From an uncultured Gammaproteobacteria bacterium (lineage in GTDB: Bacteria; Pseudomonadota; Gammaproteobacteria; Poriferisulfidales; GCA-002705445), in contig CAJXAV010000001.1 of assembly GCA_913050095.1 (NCBI GenBank), positions 564 through 64,563 on the forward strand: a stretch of DNA of 64,000 nucleotides, read 5' to 3'. A model generated the notes under the pieces. That model saw nothing but the letters and a program-made list of their open reading frames with translations. It did no database searches and was not told the origin of the DNA. Of the stretch, positions 21,322 through 30,949 are shown one piece after another. The position numbers were made by a program, and so were the translations under genes. The stretch's first letter is position 1. The number at the start of each line of letters is the position of its first letter.

Positions 21322-22262
21322 ATTTTTATTTCATATGTATTATTTCTTCTATCTAGAAGAATCTTTTTAAATTTATCTGGATCTAATTGATGTGTAATTT
21401 CACCATCAGTAGGAAAGAACTTGTCATGTAATCTCGAAAGCCAAAATCTTAACGCGGCATGTCTTAGAACTTGTTGCCAAATATTTTTTTCGTTTAATTC
21501 AATCTTTCTAATTTGGTCATATGATTTTAATAATGCATCTTGCATCTCAATATCAATGGAAAAATCATTATTTAAACACCAATCATTTACAACAATCGCA
21601 ATATCATAAAGATAATAACCGTTACAAGAATAATAAAAGTCTATTACTCCAGTCAGATCCTCCTTTATAAACATCGCATTGTCTCTAAAAAGATCCGAAT
21701 GAATAATTCCACTTGGCAAATCTTTGTTTGTGCATAAAATTTGATTTTGTATTTCTTTACTTATAAGAATATTATCTTTTTTATCAAGATAAGGCTCAAG
21801 TTTATTAGCTGTTTTTTGAAACCAATTACTCTCTCTTAAACCTTCATTATAACTATTATATTTTTTTGAATAGAGATGGATTTTTCCTAATATTTCTCCA
21901 ATTTGTATACACATTTTTCTGGTTGGTTTTTTATTTGATAAAGTCTTTCCTGGTAATAGTGTAAAAATAGTAAGTGGTTTATTTTGAAAATTTAAAATAC
22001 ATTCACCATCTTTTGTTTCTAACGGAGTTGGGCAAGGAATATGATTTTTTGATAAAACGCCCATTAATTCAATGGCATAATTTAAATTTAGTTCTGGATC
22101 TTCAAAAATAGTTAATATGTACTTGCCACTAGTTGTCGTTAAATAAAAATTTGAATTTGTAATACCTTCATTAATTCCTTCAATATGAACGTATTTACCA
22201 ATATCGAATCGAGTTAGTAATTGTTCTAGTTCTTCTTTTGTAAGTCGTGTATAAACAGACAT
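21318..22262 (-). CDS. thrB: homoserine kinase type II (APH-fold ThrB, Pseudomonas type)
   Basis: 314 aa; MSVYT... N-terminus plus HADLFRDN and RFWLSRL motifs shared with non-GHMP homoserine kinases; divergent from polA as in Pseudomonas. Confidence 0.8.
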   Translation of the reverse strand: MSVYTRLTKEELEQLLTRFDIGKYVHIEGINEGITNSNFYLTTTSGKYILTIFEDPELNLNYAIELMGVLSKNHIPCPTPLETKDGECILNFQNKPLTIFTLLPGKTLSNKKPTRKMCIQIGEILGKIHLYSKKYNSYNEGLRESNWFQKTANKLEPYLDKKDNILISKEIQNQILCTNKDLPSGIIHSDLFRDNAMFIKEDLTGVIDFYYSCNGYYLYDIAIVVNDWCLNNDFSIDIEMQDALLKSYDQIRKIELNEKNIWQQVLRHAALRFWLSRLHDKFFPTDGEITHQLDPDKFKKILLDRRNNTYEIKI

Positions 22263-22309
22263 AGGATTTTAAGTATTTTTTTGATAATGATTATAGCAAT
22301 ATAGAGCGT

Positions 22310-25030
22310 ATGAATGTAAAACAAAAAGAAGATTTTTTAGTATTATTAGACGGTACTGCATATTTATATAGGGCATATCATGCTCTACCCCCCTTAAAAA
22401 ATTCGAAAGGTGACAATACAGGTGCCATACATGGCTTTCTAAAGGCATTAAATAAGATATTGGATGATTATAAGCCTAAATATATTGGATTGATATTTGA
22501 TGCAAAAGGTAAGAACTTTAGACATGAAATATATGATCAGTATAAAGCCAATAGATCTTCAATGCCGCCAGAACTGATAGAGCAAATACCAGTGCTATAT
22601 GAAATATTAGAATCACAAGGTTATCCACCAATAATTATTGATGGTGTAGAGGCTGATGACGTTATCGGGACACTATCAAAAAAATTTAAAACAATTAAAG
22701 AGGTTAAAATATTTTCAGGAGACAAGGATTTTGCCCAATTAGTAGATAAGAAAATTAGCATAATAAATCCGATAACATTAGATGTAATGGATCAAAAAGG
22801 AGTAAAGAAAAAATTTGATGTTGGTCCAAAGAATATAATTGATTATTTGGCATTAATGGGAGATAAGTCAGACAATATCCCTGGCGTTCCTGGGGTTGGA
22901 GGCAAAACAGCTTCTAGACTAATTAATAAATTTGGCAATGTTGAAGAAATAATTGAGAAAAAGGAATTGGTTCCTGGAAAAGTTGGTGAATCTTTGAAGT
23001 CAAATATTGATCAATTAAAACTTTCAAAAATTTTAGCAACTATAAAAACAGATGTTGATATTAAACTAAATTTATTAGATTTAGAAAAAAAGGATTCAAA
23101 TGATAATAAATTAATAGATATATACAAGAGATTAGAGTTAAATTCCTTCTTGAAAAATGAATCTAAAGAAAAATATTTAGAAAAAAACAAAGAAGTAAAT
23201 GTTGAAAAAAAAATATCAAACAAATTTGATATAATTCATGATAAAAAAAAATTTATATCGATCTTAAAAGATATTAAAGAAAAAAATTTCTTATCATTTG
23301 ATTTAGAAACAACAAGTTTAGATTATATGATGGCTGAAGTTGTTGGAATATCATTTGCACTAAATACAAAGAAAAGTTTTTATGTTCCAATAGGTCATGA
23401 AGCAGACAAAAAATATAATCAACTTTCATTATCATTTGTAATGGATAACTTTAAGCCTATTCTAGAATCTCATCAAATAAAAAAACTTGGTCATAATTTA
23501 AAATACGATAGAAATGTTTTAAGAAATTATGACATAGTTTTAAATGGAATAGAGCACGATTCAATGCTTCTATCATATATTTACGACCCAACAGCAATAA
23601 GGCATGGGCTGGATAATGTTGCGGAAAAATACTTATCATATAAAACTATCCATTATGAAGATGTTGCTGGGAAGGGCGCAAAGCAAATACCTTTTTCTAA
23701 AGTTAATATAGACATAGCAGCCGAGTATGCTTGTGAAGATGCCTTAGTAAGCTATGAGTTGTATTATTATTTTTGGAAAAAATTACAAGAAGATAAAAAC
23801 GTAGTTAAAGTATACCAAGATATAGAGATGCAACTAATGCCAGTTTTATCAGATATTGAGAGAAATGGAGTATTGGTAGATTCAAAAAAGCTAGAAAAAC
23901 TTAGTTCGGAATTAGAAAGTGAATTAAAAAAAATACAAAAAAAATGTTATGAAATCACTGGAAAAGAATTTAATCTAAACTCGCCAAAACAATTACAAGA
24001 AATATTGTATATAGATTTAAAAATACCAATAAACGGAATAAAAAAAACTGCATCAGGAAACCCTTCAACTGACGAAGATACACTCCAATATTTAAGTCAG
24101 GCTCATGAATTACCTAAATTAATACTAGATTTTAGATCATTAAATAAGCTTAAGACAGGTTATACAGATAAGTTACCTTTGCAAATTTCAAAAAAAACCG
24201 GAAGAATTCATACTTCATATCAGCAAGCAATTACTGCAACTGGAAGACTATCATCAACAGAACCTAATTTACAAAATATACCGATTAAGAGTCAGCAAGG
24301 AAAAAAAATTAGGGAAGCATTTATAGCTGAGCCAAAAAAGAAAATTTTTGCTGCTGATTATTCTCAGATAGAATTAAGAATTATGGCTCATTTATCTAAA
24401 GATAAAAATCTTCTAAAAGCTTTTAAAGATAAAACAGATATTCATTCTTTTACTGCTGCAGAGATATTTAACATAGATATTGATAAAGTTACAGATGAAA
24501 ACAGAAGAGCTGCAAAAGCAATAAATTTCGGATTAATTTACGGAATGTCATCTTTTGGACTCTCAAAGCAACTTGGTATACCAATTCCTGAAGCGAAAAA
24601 TTATATGGATATTTATTTTGAAAGATATCCTAAAATAAAATTATTCATGAGTAAAACAATAGATTTTGCAAATAAGAATGGTTATGTTGAAACAATTTAT
24701 GGACGAAAATTATACCTACCTGAGATTAATTCAAAGCAACCTCAACGAAGAAAATACGCAGAAAGAACTGCTATTAATGCTCCCGTTCAGGGTACTGCTG
24801 CAGATATAATTAAAATTGCTATGATTGAAATCAATAAATGGCTTTATGAGAAGAAGTCAAAAACAAAAATGATTATGCAAGTGCATGATGAGTTAGTTTT
24901 TGAAATACATGATGATGATGTAAGTCATGAAGTTAGCCATATAGTCAATATTATGCAGGACTGTGTTAAGTTAGATTTACCATTAGAAGTTAATTATGGA
25001 ATAGATAAAAATTGGGGTGATGCACATTGA
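22310..25030 (+). CDS. polA: DNA polymerase I
   Basis: 906 aa with 5'-nuclease, 3'-5' exonuclease and polymerase domains (RRAAKAINFGLIYG, QVHDELVFE). Confidence 0.95.
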   Translation: MNVKQKEDFLVLLDGTAYLYRAYHALPPLKNSKGDNTGAIHGFLKALNKILDDYKPKYIGLIFDAKGKNFRHEIYDQYKANRSSMPPELIEQIPVLYEILESQGYPPIIIDGVEADDVIGTLSKKFKTIKEVKIFSGDKDFAQLVDKKISIINPITLDVMDQKGVKKKFDVGPKNIIDYLALMGDKSDNIPGVPGVGGKTASRLINKFGNVEEIIEKKELVPGKVGESLKSNIDQLKLSKILATIKTDVDIKLNLLDLEKKDSNDNKLIDIYKRLELNSFLKNESKEKYLEKNKEVNVEKKISNKFDIIHDKKKFISILKDIKEKNFLSFDLETTSLDYMMAEVVGISFALNTKKSFYVPIGHEADKKYNQLSLSFVMDNFKPILESHQIKKLGHNLKYDRNVLRNYDIVLNGIEHDSMLLSYIYDPTAIRHGLDNVAEKYLSYKTIHYEDVAGKGAKQIPFSKVNIDIAAEYACEDALVSYELYYYFWKKLQEDKNVVKVYQDIEMQLMPVLSDIERNGVLVDSKKLEKLSSELESELKKIQKKCYEITGKEFNLNSPKQLQEILYIDLKIPINGIKKTASGNPSTDEDTLQYLSQAHELPKLILDFRSLNKLKTGYTDKLPLQISKKTGRIHTSYQQAITATGRLSSTEPNLQNIPIKSQQGKKIREAFIAEPKKKIFAADYSQIELRIMAHLSKDKNLLKAFKDKTDIHSFTAAEIFNIDIDKVTDENRRAAKAINFGLIYGMSSFGLSKQLGIPIPEAKNYMDIYFERYPKIKLFMSKTIDFANKNGYVETIYGRKLYLPEINSKQPQRRKYAERTAINAPVQGTAADIIKIAMIEINKWLYEKKSKTKMIMQVHDELVFEIHDDDVSHEVSHIVNIMQDCVKLDLPLEVNYGIDKNWGDAH

Positions 25031-25630
25031 TTAATTATTTTTACAAACTTCTTCAATGATTTTTAGGACATCAATAACACCATCTCCATTTTTTGATGAA
25101 AAAGTATTTATGTTTTTTATATTTTTATAAGTTAAAAATTCATCTTCTACAATTTTTTTAGATTTCATTTTTTCATTTTTACTGACTTTGTCAGATTTTG
25201 TTATAATTATGTTTGATTTTATATCAAAACTCGAACATAAATCTATCATAGACCTGTCGAGATCCTCGACGCCCCTCCTAATATCTATTGCAATAAACAT
25301 TCCAGCAATATTTTTTCGATTTGACAAATAGTTTAAAACCATTTTTTCCCATAATTTTGAAACACTTTTAGGCGTATTTGCATAACCATATCCTGGAATA
25401 TCAACAAAGCTTATGTTGTTATTAATTAAGAAAAAATTGATTAATTGAGTTCTACCAGGTTTTTTACTAGTAATTGCAAGTTTCTTCCTGTTGCATATTT
25501 TATTGAGCATACTTGATTTTCCAGCATTAGACTTGCCAGCAAAAAAAAATTCTGGATATATGTCTTCTGGATAATGTGATGGTTCTGTGCCGCTTTTAAC
25601 AAAATCTGATTTTTTTATATTTAGATGCAT
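25031..25630 (-). CDS. engB: ribosome biogenesis GTP-binding protein EngB/YihA
   Basis: G1 motif GKSNAGKSS and EngB-like sequence. I place the start at the internal Met (MHLNIKK...), giving about 200 aa; the ORF-track N-terminal extension to 25738 would overlap the cytochrome c4 gene. Confidence 0.8.
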   Translation of the reverse strand: MHLNIKKSDFVKSGTEPSHYPEDIYPEFFFAGKSNAGKSSMLNKICNRKKLAITSKKPGRTQLINFFLINNNISFVDIPGYGYANTPKSVSKLWEKMVLNYLSNRKNIAGMFIAIDIRRGVEDLDRSMIDLCSSFDIKSNIIITKSDKVSKNEKMKSKKIVEDEFLTYKNIKNINTFSSKNGDGVIDVLKIIEEVCKNN

Positions 25631-25715
25631 TTTTTTACTTTTAATATATTGGTTTTTTATAAAATAGTATACAATGTTTAAAAATGGAATTATGAAATAT
25701 ATTTGAGGAGAATCA

Positions 25716-26351
25716 ATGCATAACAAATTATTCAGCAAGGCATTTAGCCTTTTTTTGGTGCTATTGCTGGTTCCAAGTTATTTAACTGCTGATGATAATC
25801 TGATTAAATCAGGTGAGCAAAAGGCTATGGTATGTACAGCGTGTCATGGTGTTCAAAATAGCGCAAATCCTGAGTGGCCAAATTTATCACAGCAAAGTAC
25901 AAGGTATCTTGTAGAGCAACTTCATGCCTTTAGGGATGGAACAAGAAAAAATGCCCTAATGAGCTCCCAAGCCATGAATCTCACAGACCAAGATATTCTT
26001 GAAATTGCAAAGTACTATAACAGCATTCCAGCAAAGAAAGGAAAAATAACCGCTGAAGATAATATTGTGACTCTTGGGCAGACTATATATCGTGGAGGAA
26101 TCAAAGACAGAGACATACCAGCTTGTATTTCATGTCATGGTCCAAAAGGTTTGGGCATAGATAGGACAGGATATCCAAAAGTTTCGGGTCAACATGCAAT
26201 ATATTTAGAACATAGACTGCAAGAATATAAAGAAGGTTATGACGATAGAGATGCTATTGGAAAAAGTTTTTCAATAATGAGCTCTATTTCTTTTAAATTA
26301 TCTAATAAAGAAATGAAAGCATTATCTGAATATCTTCAAGGCTTGTATTAA
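25716..26351 (+). CDS. cytochrome c4 (dihaem)
   Basis: 211 aa; signal peptide and two CxxCH haem-binding motifs (CTACHG, CISCHG); the engB-cc4-dsbA arrangement is conserved in gammaproteobacteria; GAGGAG RBS. Confidence 0.85.
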   Translation: MHNKLFSKAFSLFLVLLLVPSYLTADDNLIKSGEQKAMVCTACHGVQNSANPEWPNLSQQSTRYLVEQLHAFRDGTRKNALMSSQAMNLTDQDILEIAKYYNSIPAKKGKITAEDNIVTLGQTIYRGGIKDRDIPACISCHGPKGLGIDRTGYPKVSGQHAIYLEHRLQEYKEGYDDRDAIGKSFSIMSSISFKLSNKEMKALSEYLQGLY

Positions 26352-26371
26352 ATTTTACAAATTATGAAATT

Positions 26372-27007
26372 ATGATTAAAAAAATATTAATAACCTTTAT
26401 TATCTTAGCTTCAAATGCTTTTGCGGATAAAAAATTTGAAGAGGGTATTGATTTTGAAATTATGGATAATAGGCCAAGCGCATATCAACTTAAAGAAGTT
26501 AATAAAATTGACGTTGCGGAAGTGTTTTGGTACGGATGCCCACACTGTTATGTTTTCGAAGAATACCTTTCAAAATGGGATAAAAAGAATGATAAAGATG
26601 TAAATTTTTTTAATATACCAGCAGTTTTTAACAAAACATGGCTACTGCATGCAAAAACATTTTATACAATTATGGCATTAGAAAATTCTTCAGAATTGCA
26701 TAAAAACTTTTTTTACGCATATCACGAGCAGGCTAGAACATTTTCTAATAAAGAATCCATAATAAACTTTTTTAATAGCCAAGGTGTTGATCCCAGCAAA
26801 GCGAAATTAATTTTTGAATCTGAACAGGTTGCAAAAAAAGTTCAAGAAGCAAACTACAAACTAGAGACATATAAACTTGGCGGGGTTCCAGTGATGATTA
26901 TAAATGATAAATATAAAATTTCTGGTAATATGGCTAAAAGTTATGACAGGATGATTGAAATATCCGAATATATTATAGATCTAGAGAGAGCAAATAGGGC
27001 AAAATAA
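26372..27007 (+). CDS. dsbA: thiol:disulfide interchange protein DsbA
   Basis: 211 aa; signal peptide and thioredoxin-fold CPHC active site. Confidence 0.8.
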   Translation: MIKKILITFIILASNAFADKKFEEGIDFEIMDNRPSAYQLKEVNKIDVAEVFWYGCPHCYVFEEYLSKWDKKNDKDVNFFNIPAVFNKTWLLHAKTFYTIMALENSSELHKNFFYAYHEQARTFSNKESIINFFNSQGVDPSKAKLIFESEQVAKKVQEANYKLETYKLGGVPVMIINDKYKISGNMAKSYDRMIEISEYIIDLERANRAK

Positions 27008-27015
27008 CACTTGAT

Positions 27016-27088
27016 GCGCTTATAGCTCAATTGGATAGAGCGTCAGCCTCCGGAGCTGAAGATATAGGTTTAACTCCTATTGAGCGCT
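27016..27088 (+). tRNA. tRNA-Arg (anticodon CCG)
   Basis: Manual cloverleaf fold: acceptor GCGCTTA/TGAGCGC (one G-U pair), D-arm GCTC-AATTGGATA-GAGC, anticodon arm TCAGC-CTCCGGA-GCTGA (anticodon CCG), 4-nt variable loop, T-arm ATAGG-TTTAACT-CCTAT. CCA is not encoded. Confidence 0.75.
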
Positions 27089-27128
27089 CAGTTAAAAATT
27101 TAGTATTTAATAAGAACAAGGAAAATTA

Positions 27129-27779
27129 ATGAATGATAAACAATTTATGACGACTTTTTTAGGTGTTATGGGAGCACTTGCAATAATATTTTTTATTATT
27201 TTTTTTATCGCACAAATTATTGTGCCATCAACAAAAGTAGCAGATGAATTCACAAATAATAATATTGTAAATAGAATAGAGCCAGTTGGAAAATTAAATT
27301 ACTCAGGTTCGTCTGAGTCTGCTGAAAATACAGAAGTAACATCTGTTGATACTGTGAGAGAATCACGTTGTGATGCAAATTCAGCTAATAATACAACTCA
27401 TATAGTTAAAATGTTAAACGAGGGAAGCCAAGGACCTATGGTTTTTGAGCCAGCTTTTATCAGAATTAAAACATGCGATAGTATCCGATTTGAAATGACT
27501 GACGCTGGGCATAATGCTGTTACAGTTGCCGCGCCCGATGATAGTATTCCTTTTGATACTAAGTATAAACCAACACATACTGTGCAATTTGATACTAACG
27601 GATTATATTTATACAAATGTGCCCCTCACGCAATGATGGCAATGGCTGGAATCATCCAAGTTTCTGATGCTAATAATAAAAATCAAATGAAATCAGAGAT
27701 AGAGAAATTTGAAGCCGGTGTAATGATGCAACCTGTAAAAACAAGAATGTCAGATTTATTTAAAGAAAATATAAAGTAA
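27129..27779 (+). CDS. membrane-anchored type-1 copper protein (pseudoazurin-like cupredoxin)
   Basis: 216 aa; N-terminal TM anchor, linker, then a cupredoxin domain with type-1 Cu ligands (His in GHNAV; YKCAPHAMMAM supplying Cys, His and Met), matching the pseudoazurin C-terminal motif. Confidence 0.7.
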   Translation: MNDKQFMTTFLGVMGALAIIFFIIFFIAQIIVPSTKVADEFTNNNIVNRIEPVGKLNYSGSSESAENTEVTSVDTVRESRCDANSANNTTHIVKMLNEGSQGPMVFEPAFIRIKTCDSIRFEMTDAGHNAVTVAAPDDSIPFDTKYKPTHTVQFDTNGLYLYKCAPHAMMAMAGIIQVSDANNKNQMKSEIEKFEAGVMMQPVKTRMSDLFKENIK

Positions 27780-27789
27780 GAAAATAACT

Positions 27790-28053
27790 TTAATTTTTTT
27801 CCAAATTCGCGATCTTTGCCTCTAATTCATTAATTTTTTCTTGGCATTTTTTTAGAAGAGCGACTTGTATATCATATTCTTCTCTTGAAACTAGATCGAG
27901 TTTTTGTAAAACGCCTTCTGCTCCAGATTTTAGCGTTTTTTGCATCTCTTCTTTTGAGCTTTTAAGAGATTCAGGCATTATATCCTTAATTTTACTTGCA
28001 AACTCATCAACATTTTTGGGATCAAATTTAAACATTTTTTTAATATAAGTCAT
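27790..28053 (-). CDS. ubiK: ubiquinone biosynthesis accessory factor UbiK (YqiC/BMFP family)
   Basis: 87 aa coiled-coil protein with the conserved LDLVSREEYDIQ core shared with E. coli UbiK (LDLVSREEFDVQ). Confidence 0.7.
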   Translation of the reverse strand: MTYIKKMFKFDPKNVDEFASKIKDIMPESLKSSKEEMQKTLKSGAEGVLQKLDLVSREEYDIQVALLKKCQEKINELEAKIANLEKN

Positions 28054-28197
28054 TTAATAAAGTAATTCTACTAAATTATATAAATATGTAAATAAAACAA
28101 AATATAAATATCTTTTCATATTTAGTAATTTAGCCTTTTTATTTCAAAGTAAGAATAAGTCCTTCAAAATAAATAATTTTATTGACTTGATAGATTG

Positions 28198-28214
28198 TGG
28201 CATGAAGCTTGCAT
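28198..28214 (+). promoter_or_regulatory. sigma-54 (RpoN) -24/-12 promoter upstream of the TorF-family porin gene
   Basis: TGGCAT-gaagc-TTGCAT matches the TGGCAC-N5-TTGCA consensus with correct GG/GC spacing, 45 nt upstream of the ATG at 28260. Confidence 0.55.
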
Positions 28215-28259
28215 TATTTTCTATGAGATATCATAACTTAAAAAAAAGGAGATTAGAAA

Positions 28260-28988
28260 ATGATTAAAATTTTAAAAAGTTTATTAGCTGGTTTTGTTTT
28301 GCTTACTGCATCCATTGCCTCTCAAGCTGAAACTGAAATATCTTATAGCGGTAATATAGGGTTTATGTCGGATTACATGTACAGAGGAATTCATCAATCC
28401 AGTAGCTCTGCAATGGGTGGTTTGGATATAGAATACGGTGGATTTTATATTGGTACATGGTTTGCTGATTTACAAGAAGATGGCTGGGTTTCGGGTTCAC
28501 ACAGAGGGTTCGAATATGATGTTTATGCAGGGTTTGGATTTGATTTAACTGACTCAATATCTGCATCAATTGGATACACTATTTATAGATATACTGACAA
28601 AGGTGCCTCTGCATTTGATGATGATTACGATGAAGTCAATTTAGGACTTGGTTTTGCAGCCTCGGAAAACCTTTCTTTTGCTATAGATTATGCTATTGGG
28701 GAAAATACAGCGACAGATCAATCAGAGACAGATTACGATGTTTTAACTATATCGGCAGATTATATGGGTATTTATCTTTTAGTCGGCCAATGGGGCGTAT
28801 CAGAAGATGATGCTTCTAAAAGTGAAGTTGACGCTTCCTGGTGGGAAATTGGGTACAGTAGATCTGTAGGTGATTTTGATTTATCAGCTGGATTTGTTTT
28901 ATCAGAGCAAGAATTAGCACAAGCATCAGATACTGGTGAAGATGGAGACTTTTCAAGATTTGTTTTTTCAATGAGCACATCTTTTTAA
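28260..28988 (+). CDS. outer-membrane beta-barrel protein, TorF/Gcw_chp (TIGR02001) putative porin family
   Basis: 242 aa; signal peptide (…ASQA/ET), alternating-hydrophobic beta-strand pattern, a C-terminal aromatic residue and conserved SDYMYRGI.../GFYIGTWFA blocks. Confidence 0.65.
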   Translation: MIKILKSLLAGFVLLTASIASQAETEISYSGNIGFMSDYMYRGIHQSSSSAMGGLDIEYGGFYIGTWFADLQEDGWVSGSHRGFEYDVYAGFGFDLTDSISASIGYTIYRYTDKGASAFDDDYDEVNLGLGFAASENLSFAIDYAIGENTATDQSETDYDVLTISADYMGIYLLVGQWGVSEDDASKSEVDASWWEIGYSRSVGDFDLSAGFVLSEQELAQASDTGEDGDFSRFVFSMSTSF

Positions 28989-29074
28989 TAACTATAAAGG
29001 AAAAAAAATTCAAAAAATTCTTAAGACTCCTTACTTAAGACTCCTCGAGAAGCCACAAAGGGCTGATCATCTAA

Positions 29075-29101
29075 GGGAAGGGCAACCTTCCCTTTTTTTT
29101 T
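29075..29101 (+). terminator. rho-independent terminator after the porin gene
   Basis: GGGAAGG-GCAA-CCTTCCC hairpin (7-bp stem, GNRA-like loop) followed by T9. Confidence 0.75.
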
Positions 29102-29126
29102 GCTAAAGGTATACTGATATATGAAC

Positions 29127-29141
29127 GCACTAATATTGTGC
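29127..29141 (+). promoter_or_regulatory. putative NtrC enhancer-binding site
   Basis: GCAC-N7-GTGC dyad (cGCACtaatattGTGCa) resembling the NtrC consensus TGCACCA-N3-TGGTGCA, about 100 bp upstream of the glnK sigma-54 promoter. Confidence 0.4.
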
Positions 29142-29234
29142 AAATAATTTAAACCCTTTTAAAAAAACGCCAAATTTTTTTTTATGATAAGGAGAACTAG
29201 TATTTTTGTTGATATTCATAATTAAAATATATTT

Positions 29235-29250
29235 TGGCACGGTAAATGCA
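29235..29250 (+). promoter_or_regulatory. sigma-54 (RpoN) -24/-12 promoter of glnK-amtB
   Basis: TGGCACG-gtaa-ATGCA is a near-perfect match to TGGCACG-N4-TTGCW, 38 nt upstream of the glnK ATG. Confidence 0.65.
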
Positions 29251-29267
29251 TATTTATATATGCTTAA

Positions 29268-29627
<360 letters not shown>

Positions 29628-29648
29628 CAAATTATGAGGGTTTAAATT

Positions 29649-30887
29649 ATGGAAGGTCAAGTAATTGAATTAGCATATGCACTAGACACATTTTACTTTC
29701 TAGTAATGGGTGCATTTGTAATGTGGATGGCAGCAGGTTTTTCAATGTTAGAAGCTGGTCTTGTACGTTCGAAAAGTACTGTTGAAATATTAACAAAAAA
29801 TATAGCGTTATATTCTATAGCTTCAATCATGTATATGGTTGTTGGTTACAATTTAATGTACCCAGCTGATGGCAATGGAATAGTCCCAGCTGTTAGCTTT
29901 TTCCTTGGCGGTGATAATGAGACTGCTGATGTTTTATCAAGTGGTGGTGAAATTTATTATTCAGCATTATCAGATTTTTTCTTTCAAGTAGTTTTCGTAG
30001 CCACAGCTATGTCTATAGTGTCTGGTGCTGTTGCTGAAAGAATGAAACTGTCTTCATTTTTGCTATTTTGCATTGTAATGACAGGATTAATATATCCAAT
30101 ACAAGGTTATTGGAAATGGGGTGGTGGTTTTTTAGATGAAGCTGGATTTTTAGATTTTGCTGGGTCTGGAGTTGTGCATTTATGTGGAGCAGCTGCAGCA
30201 CTAGCAGGGGTTTTACTTTTAGGCGCAAGGAAAGGTAAATACGAAAATGGTAAAATAAATGCTATACCTGGAGCAAATATGCCTTTAGCTACCCTTGGTA
30301 CATTTATATTATGGCTGGGTTGGTTTGGTTTTAATGGCGGATCTGAATTGATGGTATCAAATGTTACGGAAGCAAATGCGGTTGCTATGATATTTGTAAA
30401 TACAAATGCTGCTGCTGCTGGCGGTGTAATTGGTGCATTATTATTTTCTAAAATTTTATTTGGAAAATTTGATTTATCAATGTCACTTAATGGTGCAATT
30501 GGCGGTTTAGTTTCTATAACTGCTGAACCATTAACACCAACACCAGAGCTCGCTGCAATAATTGGTGCAATTGGCGGGATTCTTGTTGTTATTTCTATTA
30601 TTGTACTAGATAAATCTAGAATAGATGATCCTGTGGGAGCTATTTCTGCTCATGGAACTTGCGGCATATGGGGTATAACAGCTGTTTGCCTGTCTAACGC
30701 AGATGCCACGTTAGGTGTTCAACTATATGGCGCCTTAATAATTTTTGCATGGACATTTACAATGGCTCTAATATTTTGGGCAATTCTTAAAATGGTAATT
30801 GGTATTCGAGTTTCTGAAGAAGCTGAAGAAATGGGTGTCGATGTTGCCGAATGTGGAATTGAAGCTTACCCAGAATTTAAAAAATAA
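29649..30887 (+). CDS. amtB: ammonium transporter AmtB
   Basis: 412 aa Amt/MEP family with conserved blocks (DFAGSGVVH, FGFNGGS). Confidence 0.9.
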   Translation: MEGQVIELAYALDTFYFLVMGAFVMWMAAGFSMLEAGLVRSKSTVEILTKNIALYSIASIMYMVVGYNLMYPADGNGIVPAVSFFLGGDNETADVLSSGGEIYYSALSDFFFQVVFVATAMSIVSGAVAERMKLSSFLLFCIVMTGLIYPIQGYWKWGGGFLDEAGFLDFAGSGVVHLCGAAAALAGVLLLGARKGKYENGKINAIPGANMPLATLGTFILWLGWFGFNGGSELMVSNVTEANAVAMIFVNTNAAAAGGVIGALLFSKILFGKFDLSMSLNGAIGGLVSITAEPLTPTPELAAIIGAIGGILVVISIIVLDKSRIDDPVGAISAHGTCGIWGITAVCLSNADATLGVQLYGALIIFAWTFTMALIFWAILKMVIGIRVSEEAEEMGVDVAECGIEAYPEFKK

Positions 30888-30907
30888 AATTTTTAAAATC
30901 GAAATAG

Positions 30908-30939
30908 CGTGCATAATTTTTATTGTGCACGTTTTTTTT
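30908..30939 (+). terminator. rho-independent terminator of glnK-amtB
   Basis: CGTGCATAAT-tttt-ATTGTGCACG hairpin (10 bp including one G-U pair) followed by T8. The ORF-track ORF 30799..30987 lies across it and is spurious. Confidence 0.75.
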
Positions 30940-30949
30940 ATTATATTAT

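Noticed and set aside
25631-25738. N-terminal 36-aa extension of engB in the ORF track (start at 25738)
   Set aside because: The extension is hydrophobic and non-conserved and would overlap the cytochrome c4 start and its RBS; the internal Met gives a normal-length EngB
27016-27088. tRNA-Arg as an integration site for a genomic island or prophage
   Set aside because: No integrase, no duplicated tRNA 3' segment downstream and no compositional shift; the flanking genes (dsbA, cupredoxin, ubiK) look like core genes
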